Shown here piece after piece: positions 1-7,707 of a DNA stretch of 64,000 nt. Origin of the DNA: Nitrospirales bacterium (lineage in GTDB: Bacteria; Nitrospirota; Nitrospiria; Nitrospirales; UBA8639); contig CBDCWC010000002.1 of NCBI GenBank assembly GCA_965223295.1, positions 1,632,001-1,696,000 on the forward strand, in the 5' to 3' direction. The notes beneath the pieces were generated by a model, which did not search any database, was not told the DNA's origin, and worked only from the letters and a program-made list of their open reading frames with translations. The first letter of the stretch is position 1. The number at the start of each line of letters is the position of its first letter. The translations under genes were made by a program, and so were the position numbers.

Positions 1-222
1 GCATTCGGAGGATCCAGCATTGATATCATGTTGTATTGCTTCACCAAGACAACCGTCTGGGGAGAGTGGTTAACGGTTAAAGAAGCCTTGGGCTATAAGA
101 TCAAGGAAATTGTCGAACAGCATGGCGCTTCGTTCGCATTTCCTTCAACATCAATCTATGTAGAAACTCTGCCTTTTGGCAGACCAGACCCTTTTCCGCT
201 TCCTTCGTCAGAGGAAAACTAA
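1..222 (+). CDS. MscS-family mechanosensitive channel, C-terminal fragment (5' end outside window)
   Basis: Frame 1 is open from base 1: AFGGSSIDIMLYCFT...KIKEIVEQHGASFAFPSTSIYV, a typical MscS/YnaI C-terminal motif (F.xSS.+...G..FAFP). Confidence 0.85.
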   Translation, partial: AFGGSSIDIMLYCFTKTTVWGEWLTVKEALGYKIKEIVEQHGASFAFPSTSIYVETLPFGRPDPFPLPSSEEN

Positions 223-241
223 GCAACGGCGATCTACTCTT

Positions 242-1054
242 TTAACACATTCTGATGCAATCCTCTCGAGCCGCTGCCTGGACAACATGCGTACGACTCT
301 CCAAAAGCTGCTGAGTTAGATCGTTTCGTAATTGTGCAATTTCCTCATTCAAATCCTCTAAAACCGTTGACCTGGAAATGTAATAAGGCGCTCGTTTGCC
401 CCTAAAATCAATGACCGGGCCAATTTGAGTAAACCGTATTCCATGCCATCGTAACTTCCGCGCGAGACGAGGCTCCATCATCGCCACGCCATAATCCAAT
501 GAAGAAAGGACAAGCATCGAAAGACTACAAACAAAAAGTCCCAGGGGAATCAAGGGATACGAGCTTCTCTGCTCATGGTCGTCAGCCTCTACCTCACTAT
601 CCGGCAAACTGATGGGGCGCCGCTCATCATTCTTCCGACGTCTGAATTTTGCAAGAACAGCGAGCCGGGAAAATTCCCCTATAACAGTTTTCGGAACTTT
701 TTTGAGATCAAACTGTTGTGCATCAAGTCCTTCCGAACAATGTTGCTCAAATGGAAAGCAACCAGAGGGAGGACATCCTCGAGATCCAATGAGACGACTA
801 CAACCAATTGCTTCTCCAGTTGGAAGATGAATTAACAGAGCCTGGTCAGCAATAGCATCCATCTCATCTCGTTCGCATTGATCTTTATATTCGGTAGAGT
901 TTTCAAAGCCAAACTCTTCACAATACACTTGGTACCGTATACGATAGGCCAATGTCTGTAATTCAGGCGAATCGGCATATGCCACCCTGAAATACTGCAG
1001 GAATGTTTCACTCAGTGTTTTTTGGCTCATAATAGGGAAAAACAATCGGTTCAT
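242..1054 (-). CDS. PEP-CTERM/exosortase-associated N-acyltransferase (GNAT, LuxI/FeeM-like fold)
   Basis: Motifs AYRIRYQVYCEEFGFE, ERDEMD, EFSRLAV..FRRR, AMMEPRLAR.L...GI.F.QIGP.IDFRG.RAPY. Start uncertain (1081, 1054 or 1030). Confidence 0.8.
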   Translation of the reverse strand: MNRLFFPIMSQKTLSETFLQYFRVAYADSPELQTLAYRIRYQVYCEEFGFENSTEYKDQCERDEMDAIADQALLIHLPTGEAIGCSRLIGSRGCPPSGCFPFEQHCSEGLDAQQFDLKKVPKTVIGEFSRLAVLAKFRRRKNDERRPISLPDSEVEADDHEQRSSYPLIPLGLFVCSLSMLVLSSLDYGVAMMEPRLARKLRWHGIRFTQIGPVIDFRGKRAPYYISRSTVLEDLNEEIAQLRNDLTQQLLESRTHVVQAAAREDCIRMC

Positions 1055-1190
1055 TTTCCATTCTCTTGAGACAAGTCTCACTGACCAACTCCAAAGCCAC
1101 TAAACATAGCCTATGGTTTTTAGAAACTGCTCGCTATTGCTGGGTTTTCTATCACTTTTCGCCATTCTTTCTTGATAATTTTCTCATAGC

Positions 1191-1217
1191 TCAAGCTTTG
1201 CAGTGTTCGACCGATAA
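1191..1217 (+). promoter_or_regulatory. Candidate sigma28 (FliA) promoter
   Basis: TCAAG-N14-ACCGATAA, close to the FliA consensus TCAAG/TAAA-N14/15-GCCGATAA, upstream of the methyltransferase. Confidence 0.5.
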
Positions 1218-1336
1218 CTCTTTCGTGCGAGATTCCTTTCTTAGTGACAAGTCGAAATCTTCCACACAATCTGTCTCGGTTCGCGGAATACAACTTGAGT
1301 AACGCGACTTTTACTACACGATCATTCACTCCAGAC

Positions 1337-2146
1337 ATGCTGATCACTCCTTCAATACCTGCTCAGCCAGAATTTGGATACGTCAATCCTGAATACCTGC
1401 AGATTGCCTCAAATCTTTTCGCTCCAGTGAAACAGCGAAGTTATGAGCGCCTTCGGGCCAAGCCAGGCTTAAACTTTCTAGATGTGGGATGTGGGGCCGG
1501 CATTGATACATGTGCATTAGCAAGATACGTTCAATCAAATGGAACGATAGCTGGAGTCGATGCTGACCTGGAAATGGTGCAACAGGCAAATACTCGAATC
1601 AAACAACGAGGTCGGCACTCCTCTCCCTTTCACATTCACGCTCGGGGCTCGGCTCTCCCTTTTTCTAATGGAGCGTTCGATGGCACACGGAGCGAACGAC
1701 TCTTTATGCATCTCTCCGATGGCCTCTCTGTCTTGTCAGAAATGAGCCGTGTGACAAAACCTCAGGGATGGATAGTTGTTGCAGAAACCGACTGGAATAG
1801 CCTCTCCATGGCCACATCCGAACCGACAATATTCCACATGCTGTCTCAGCTGCGGGTGCAAGGTTTTCTGACAAATGGATATTCAGCGCAACAGCTATAC
1901 GGCCAATTTTCAATCATGAAGCTGCAATCTATTCTCATAGACATTATTCCTATTTTCACGACCGACATTGGGCTTTTTCGGTTCTTAACAAAAATGGACG
2001 AGCTGGAAGAATTGGCGATACAACAACACGTCTTGACAGCGGAGGAAGCGGCCGTTTGGGATGCAGATCAAAATGTATTCAAACAAGGACAACCATTTTG
2101 GGGAAGCGTGAATGTCCTACTCATATCTGGGCAAGCTCCATCATAA
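1337..2146 (+). CDS. Class I SAM-dependent methyltransferase (UbiE/Methyltransf_11-like)
   Basis: FLDVGCGAG motif I, LPFSNGAFD, EMSRVTKPQGW...ETDW. The ORF is open from 1244; ATG at 1337. Confidence 0.85.
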   Translation: MLITPSIPAQPEFGYVNPEYLQIASNLFAPVKQRSYERLRAKPGLNFLDVGCGAGIDTCALARYVQSNGTIAGVDADLEMVQQANTRIKQRGRHSSPFHIHARGSALPFSNGAFDGTRSERLFMHLSDGLSVLSEMSRVTKPQGWIVVAETDWNSLSMATSEPTIFHMLSQLRVQGFLTNGYSAQQLYGQFSIMKLQSILIDIIPIFTTDIGLFRFLTKMDELEELAIQQHVLTAEEAAVWDADQNVFKQGQPFWGSVNVLLISGQAPS

Positions 2147-2305
2147 CTAAGAATCCGTGTCATTCCATCTTAATACGGTTCTCCATTCCGCCATACCCAT
2201 TTCTTGACTCCCAGAATTTTAAAACCTGAAGACTTCAGGAGCGATATTCGCCTTATCAACTATTTCTACCTCTAGGAGACAAGAGAGATATACGATAGGG
2301 GCAAT

Positions 2306-4300
2306 CTAAAACGTCCAAGTGATGCGGCCCACAAAACTCCGTTGCATGCCAGTTCGCTGTGTTCCAAGTATAGTATCTGAAAACTCATCGTGGTGAGAAT
2401 GAAGCAAATTTTGTCCAATGAGGGAAATGTCTAAATTAGGCATTGGTTTCCACCCCAACCGAAGATCAAGTTCAACATAATCATCCACATTCAATGAGGG
2501 CAGTTCGTCGGTATAGCGAAGCCAGGAATCAAACTCGATATGATAGGGCAAAGATATTTGCGACCGTATTGACGCATGGTGGATGGGGCTTGCTTCTTCT
2601 GAGAATTGTGCTGCATCTTCATTTTTAATGTCCATTTTTAAATACGTATAAGCTCCTTGGACTTTCCACCATTCCCATAGTTGAACAATCGTACTCACTT
2701 CCACGCCATAGTTTTTCGCTTCGTGGTTATTGGTTCGAATGAGGGTGGGCAACGTCGTGGCTGGCGGGACAGACTGTAGTTGATTGCCGACAAGCCGGTC
2801 ATAGTCCATGAAAAATCCCGTCACATCGAAAGAAAGCTGTTTCAATGGCTGAGATCGAACACCCAGTTCGAAGGCATGGAGCACTTCCGGTTTGGCCTGC
2901 TGATTATCTTCTACAGCCACAGGGCCTAACGCCGTCGACAAGGTAATGACTCCATCATCAAGCAAACGTGGCGGAAGCACCACAGCCCGGGATGCTGCTC
3001 CCCAGAAAGAGAGATCCGAACGTGGCTTCCAGAGAAACCGGCCGCTTGGTTGATATTCAAAACCTGTAAAATCATTATGGGAAAGCTTGGTTCCCACCGT
3101 CACCACCAGCTCCTCAGGAATCAGACGTATTTCGTCTTGAATAAATCCGCTTACTAAGTTAAAGGAACGAGATTCCTCAGAGGGTTGAATCGTCAAACTT
3201 CCCTCAAAATTATCAAGCCAATAGCGATACTCTCCACCCCAGGTGATTTCCTGCCCCAACACAAAAGGAAAGCGATGCTGAAAATCAATGTCAAAGGTAT
3301 CTAACGTGTAATCTTGAATGGTTTCATCTCGCTCGACTCGATCATAGAAAAATTTCAAGGAAAAATCAGAATCGGCGCTAATTTCATGAGTCCATCGTGC
3401 GAGAACATGAGCCCCCTTTAGATCAACATCTTCTGAAAAGGTATCGGAAAAAGGTGGGGTTAATGTGGCGACCGTTAGCTCTTGTCCAGCAGCTCCTTTA
3501 TATAAGCCCCCTTCAACCATCACGGAATTGTGATCATCGGCCTTCCAATCCACGCGAAAACCGCCCCGTCCCATCCGCCAATCATCAGAACTGCCATTTT
3601 TGTTAAACTGCGTATCGCGATTAAAATACTTCCCAAAAATTCGATAGCTTAACGTTTTGCCAACTGTTCCTCCATACCGAAGTTCTCCAATTCCTTCTTC
3701 CGTGCCTCCCCATCCCACAACTAAACCCTGTTGGGTCTCAAATGCCGATTTCGTAATGATATTAATGACACCATTGACTGCATTGACACCCCAAAGCGTT
3801 CCTCCTGGCCCACGAATGACTTCAATCCGGTCGATGTCGGACAGCACCGTATCCACCGTTTCCCAATTCACCCCGGCAAATAGCGGATTGTAAATATTCC
3901 GTCCATCAATGAGGACTAACAATTTATTCGTAAAACGATCATTAAAACCTCGAGAGGTGATCGCCCATTTATTTCCATCAATTCTCGCTACTTCAAGTCC
4001 AGGAACCATTCGCAATGCTTCCGGAATCGAAGACACACCAGAGCGGCGAATATCTTCCTGGGTCACGACAAAAATGGCCGCCGCCGATTCTGAAAGTTTT
4101 TGCTTTTTTTTGGCCACAGACGTGACTTCAATGTTCATCAACTCTTCAAGACTTAATTGCGTTAAATCTTCGCCAGGGCTCAGACGTGCGGCAAGAACGA
4201 GCGAGGACCACAGGCAATCCCCAACGAGAAAGAGCCAGAACACAAAGCTAAGCCAGGTTAGCGTCTTCCGCCTCATATTCATCCTTCTATTTTCCAACAT
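2306..4300 (-). CDS. TonB-dependent outer-membrane receptor
   Basis: Signal peptide, plug motifs (IPEALRMVPG, LVLIDGR, IDRIEVIRGPG..LWG.NAVNGVINIITK), C-terminal Phe (ITWTF). Confidence 0.92.
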   Translation of the reverse strand: MLENRRMNMRRKTLTWLSFVFWLFLVGDCLWSSLVLAARLSPGEDLTQLSLEELMNIEVTSVAKKKQKLSESAAAIFVVTQEDIRRSGVSSIPEALRMVPGLEVARIDGNKWAITSRGFNDRFTNKLLVLIDGRNIYNPLFAGVNWETVDTVLSDIDRIEVIRGPGGTLWGVNAVNGVINIITKSAFETQQGLVVGWGGTEEGIGELRYGGTVGKTLSYRIFGKYFNRDTQFNKNGSSDDWRMGRGGFRVDWKADDHNSVMVEGGLYKGAAGQELTVATLTPPFSDTFSEDVDLKGAHVLARWTHEISADSDFSLKFFYDRVERDETIQDYTLDTFDIDFQHRFPFVLGQEITWGGEYRYWLDNFEGSLTIQPSEESRSFNLVSGFIQDEIRLIPEELVVTVGTKLSHNDFTGFEYQPSGRFLWKPRSDLSFWGAASRAVVLPPRLLDDGVITLSTALGPVAVEDNQQAKPEVLHAFELGVRSQPLKQLSFDVTGFFMDYDRLVGNQLQSVPPATTLPTLIRTNNHEAKNYGVEVSTIVQLWEWWKVQGAYTYLKMDIKNEDAAQFSEEASPIHHASIRSQISLPYHIEFDSWLRYTDELPSLNVDDYVELDLRLGWKPMPNLDISLIGQNLLHSHHDEFSDTILGTQRTGMQRSFVGRITWTF

Positions 4301-4608
4301 CGCAACAGCAAGGTTTCAGACCCATCTTCATTGAGGATGACAAGACTTTTGCAGATGGGCTTGGTCGAGCACTTCAACGATGGAGACATCACTCGTTCCA
4401 GCCCTTCATGGATTTCTTATTCCTTTAGTTATGCACCCCCTTACATTGCATCGGTTTGCTAACCGTTAAAATTAAACTTCCCTGTCCTGGGCTTGCGTTT
4501 TCAAGAATAAGGAAGCCGTACCTTTTTTAGAATTACTCTTTGACGCTACAATTTTATGAAATGATCATTTTCCAGATAGGCAAATGTTTCCTATTTCTTT
4601 TCTACCTA

Positions 4609-4891
4609 GAGCCTGTTGAATAATAATGATATCAACGGCCACATGTAGTCTTTGCGACTCAACATGTCAGAGGCCTCGGGTCTGTTCAAAAAAGTCGGTT
4701 CAGCAAGGCTACAGCCATTTTTTCGCGCGGAGCGTACTGGCACGATGTGAACGCGGAAGAATAGCGGCCTGCTTGCGCGGTGAGGCGCTACGGCGCGTAA
4801 ACGCGAAACCGCGTTCAGCCTTCGTAGCCACTGCGGCGAAGGAGCCCGGCGAAGGCAAGGAACGCTACTGGCAGCTTTTTTCAACAGACCC
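4609..4891. repeat. MITE-like dispersed repeat, copy 1, with nested ~94-bp GC-rich insert
   Basis: Colinear with the reverse complement of 38985-39175 and partly with 24499-24620. Internal TIR pair GGGTCTGTTCAAAAAA (4678) / TTTTTTCAACAGACCC (ends 4891). Extra sequence at ~4767-4860 is absent from the other copies. Confidence 0.85.
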
Positions 4892-5067
4892 GTGTTAGCA
4901 CGTTCTCATGAAGAACATTCTGTTATACGCCAAACGAGGCGTGTCATTGTGGACCTAACTTCCAGTAAAAGGGAGTCACAGGACAACCCATCAAGCAGGT
5001 GACACCATTTTTCACTTGGTTATCTAAAAATGTGAATTGAGTAAGGAAGAGGATGGGAGACGGTTCG

Positions 5068-5643
5068 TTAGGGAGACACCTGCTGGAGCTGCTGAATAAT
5101 GTAACTTCGCTTGGCAAACGATAGGCCATCAAGACGTTTTTGAAACTGACTTTGCTGCTGTGAAGGCGCGACTCTGTCCAATCCTAACTGACGTTCCATG
5201 GCCATTCGTTTTTCTATCGGCAAGGATTGCAGACGGCTCCACAACGTATCAACATCTTGATATTGGGCACGCTTTCTCCTTTTACTCATCAATGACTCAC
5301 GAGGTTTTTTCATTTTATTTATTTGATCTTCATACTGAGAATTCAGTTGTTGCTGTTGATCCAGAAATTTCTTTCTGGCTGTTTCCAGCTTTTCTAGAAC
5401 CTTTTCCTGTTCTTCCGGAGTCATGGTTTTCCATCGAGGAGATTGGCGTAATCGCTCTTCATAACCAGAAAATGGAACGATGTTTCGGCTTGCACGAGAT
5501 TCATTGGCCTTCTTGGATTCCGAGGGTGAGGTCGTCGGCTTGGGTTGCGCTGCTGACTCGTTTCGCAGACCGGAATATCCCAAGAAAGTCCCATAGATCA
5601 AAAAGAAGACCAGCGTTACTTTCCACCAATGAAAACCGCTCAT
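5068..5643 (-). CDS. Hypothetical membrane-anchored/secreted helical protein
   Basis: 191-aa ORF with an N-terminal hydrophobic helix, a Q/K/E-rich coiled coil and W..(M/L).PE-like helical motifs; GGGGTGAG RBS-like sequence upstream. Confidence 0.7.
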   Translation of the reverse strand: MSGFHWWKVTLVFFLIYGTFLGYSGLRNESAAQPKPTTSPSESKKANESRASRNIVPFSGYEERLRQSPRWKTMTPEEQEKVLEKLETARKKFLDQQQQLNSQYEDQINKMKKPRESLMSKRRKRAQYQDVDTLWSRLQSLPIEKRMAMERQLGLDRVAPSQQQSQFQKRLDGLSFAKRSYIIQQLQQVSP

Positions 5644-5993
5644 TGCTCACCCCTTTGATTCAAAAAATATAACAACCCGAATTTCGTCCTTCCACACTGT
5701 CCCCACAGCACGGCTGTCATCAACAGCATATCCTCCAGCAAGTTCCATCTTGAAAAATTTAGAGCCTCAATTCTATGAACAGAAATAAAAATCTTTAATT
5801 CTGCGCTTAATGTTCAATAATAGCAACCCCCTCACAACATGACCTCTTTCTGTTATTTTCGCAATCCGGTAGACTTTACCGAAAGCTTCACGCACATACA
5901 AACGTCTGCATATTTATGTGTACATGGAGCCGGAATTATTCATTCGGTCTCGTTCCCAACATTTCGTTGGGTAACACACGAAGGAGGTGCCTT

Positions 5994-6425
5994 ATGTCTG
6001 AAGCCACTGCAGGCATGTTCAGCGGACACAAAACAAATGGCCGCGTCTTGATTGTCGACGATGAACCCGATGTCCGCAAAGTTGTTCGCATGACATTATC
6101 GAAGGCTGGCTACGATGTGATCGAAGCCGAAGATGGGGAAAAGGCCATGGCCGCAATCAAGGAAGGGGAAAACCCTTTGCTGTTGGATGTTATCATTTCA
6201 GATATTCGAATGCCAAAGGTCAATGGAGTCGAGGCGATTAACTACTTTCAGCAACAATGGCCTAACGTTCCTTTAATTGTCCTGACCGGCTTTCCAGATA
6301 TGGAAATGGCAACAGGATTTCTCAAGAAAGGTGTCGTGGACTATTTGGTGAAACCTGTTGAAAAAGAAAAGCTGACAGCAGCCGTGGAGAAAGCTATAGC
6401 ACAACGAGAAATTCACCATCTCTAA
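5994..6425 (+). CDS. Single-domain response regulator (receiver only)
   Basis: VLIVDDE, phospho-Asp in ISDIRMP, LTG, YLVKP; AGGAGG RBS at 5982 before ATG 5994; no output domain. Confidence 0.92.
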   Translation: MSEATAGMFSGHKTNGRVLIVDDEPDVRKVVRMTLSKAGYDVIEAEDGEKAMAAIKEGENPLLLDVIISDIRMPKVNGVEAINYFQQQWPNVPLIVLTGFPDMEMATGFLKKGVVDYLVKPVEKEKLTAAVEKAIAQREIHHL

Positions 6426-6505
6426 AACATGGCTTTGCCATTCTTAAATTCTGATTTCCCATGGCTTCGAAGGAACGACATCTCATGGGAAGATCTCTCC
6501 GGATT

Positions 6506-6539
6506 CATAAAGCCCTATCATTATTGGTAGGGCTTTATG
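6506..6539. terminator. Stem-loop between the receiver and kinase genes
   Basis: CATAAAGCCCTATCA-ttat-TGGTAGGGCTTTATG, a 15-bp stem with one wobble pair. Confidence 0.55.
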
Positions 6540-6619
6540 CGTTACGACCTTTCAAATATGGGGATACAATCTTCAACGAAACAATCACGCCTGCGGTAAT
6601 ACTTTAACCTAGGAAACCC

Positions 6620-7696
6620 ATGAAATATTCTCAAGGAGAACATCCTACGGTGCCAGACATTCCAACGGAAAAAGAATCGTGCATCAATGTCGTCATTCTA
6701 GGAGCAGGAAAAGGAGGAACGGCATTATTAGAATCGTTTCTGAATTTACCTCGCATACATCTTGTTGGTATCGCAGACAAAGAGATTGATGCACCGGGCC
6801 TGAACCTTGCTCGCCGCCATCACATTCCCGCGGCACAAGATCCACTTTATCTGATTCAACAACCCAACATTCATTTAATCATAGATGTCACTGGCGATCC
6901 ATCCTTCACAGAAACTGTTCATCACCACAAGCATGCCGACGCAGAAGTATTGGGCGGCGCTGCATCCAAAGTGCTCTGGGACATTATCCAACACGAATCT
7001 CTCATGCAAGCTCAATTGTTCCAGGCTGAAAAGTTGGCAGGAATGGGGACTTTTGCATCCGGCATAGCCCATGATATCAACAACCCATTGTATGTCATTC
7101 TTGCCATGGCTGAAGCTATTCAGGACGAAACAGCCATGTCGGCCATCCAGGAATACGCTACCAGCATCCAAGAAGCTGCGAAACGGATTCAAGCCATTGC
7201 CAAAGATATTACGCAATATGCCCGTGCGTCAAAGTCTCAGGGGACCATTCCGGTCAATATTCAGGAAACCCTGGATGAAGCCCTGAAAATTGCCAAGTTT
7301 GCAACCAAACTTCATGAAATTACTGTGGTCAAAAACTATCAAGATCAGATCATCATCGATGCGAAACCCGAAGAACTCCTCCAGGTCTTCGTAAATCTCA
7401 TGACCAATGCCATTCATGCCATGGATGGCCAAGGCCTTCTAACACTCACAGCAGAACAACGCCAGGACGCTATTCGCATTTCTATTTCAGATACAGGAAG
7501 CGGAATTCCAAAGGAATATCTCTCAAAAATCTTTGATCCTTTCTTTACAACCAAGGCTGCCGGAAAAGGCACAGGATTGGGCCTTTATAATGTCCGCACG
7601 ATTGCCAACAAATATGAAGGCGAATTGACGATCGACACGGAAATGGGAAAAGGCACGACCATTGCTCTCGTCTTTCCGCAACCCACAACCGTGTAA
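6620..7696 (+). CDS. Cytoplasmic histidine kinase with N-terminal Rossmann-like (BkdR-type) domain
   Basis: N-term [10 protein letters not shown]...VGIAD...[12 protein letters not shown]-box AHDINNPL; N-box [30 protein letters not shown]; no TM helix. Confidence 0.9.
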   Translation: MKYSQGEHPTVPDIPTEKESCINVVILGAGKGGTALLESFLNLPRIHLVGIADKEIDAPGLNLARRHHIPAAQDPLYLIQQPNIHLIIDVTGDPSFTETVHHHKHADAEVLGGAASKVLWDIIQHESLMQAQLFQAEKLAGMGTFASGIAHDINNPLYVILAMAEAIQDETAMSAIQEYATSIQEAAKRIQAIAKDITQYARASKSQGTIPVNIQETLDEALKIAKFATKLHEITVVKNYQDQIIIDAKPEELLQVFVNLMTNAIHAMDGQGLLTLTAEQRQDAIRISISDTGSGIPKEYLSKIFDPFFTTKAAGKGTGLGLYNVRTIANKYEGELTIDTEMGKGTTIALVFPQPTTV

Positions 7697-7707
7697 ACCA
7701 TCTTGCC

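Noticed and set aside
242-1054. LuxI acyl-homoserine-lactone synthase / quorum-sensing pair
   Set aside because: The motifs fit the exosortase-associated acyltransferase family better, and no LuxR gene is adjacent.
4301-4600. Cobalamin riboswitch or Fur box upstream of the TonB receptor
   Set aside because: No B12-box or convincing GATAATGATAATCATTATC-like site is recognisable by eye; an Rfam scan would settle it.
4606-4898. ORFs 4606-4884 and 4626-4898, and the similar ORFs at 24460-24731 and 38973-39297, as a protein family
   Set aside because: Their similarity comes from the shared non-coding repeat; reading frames and stops are not conserved between copies.
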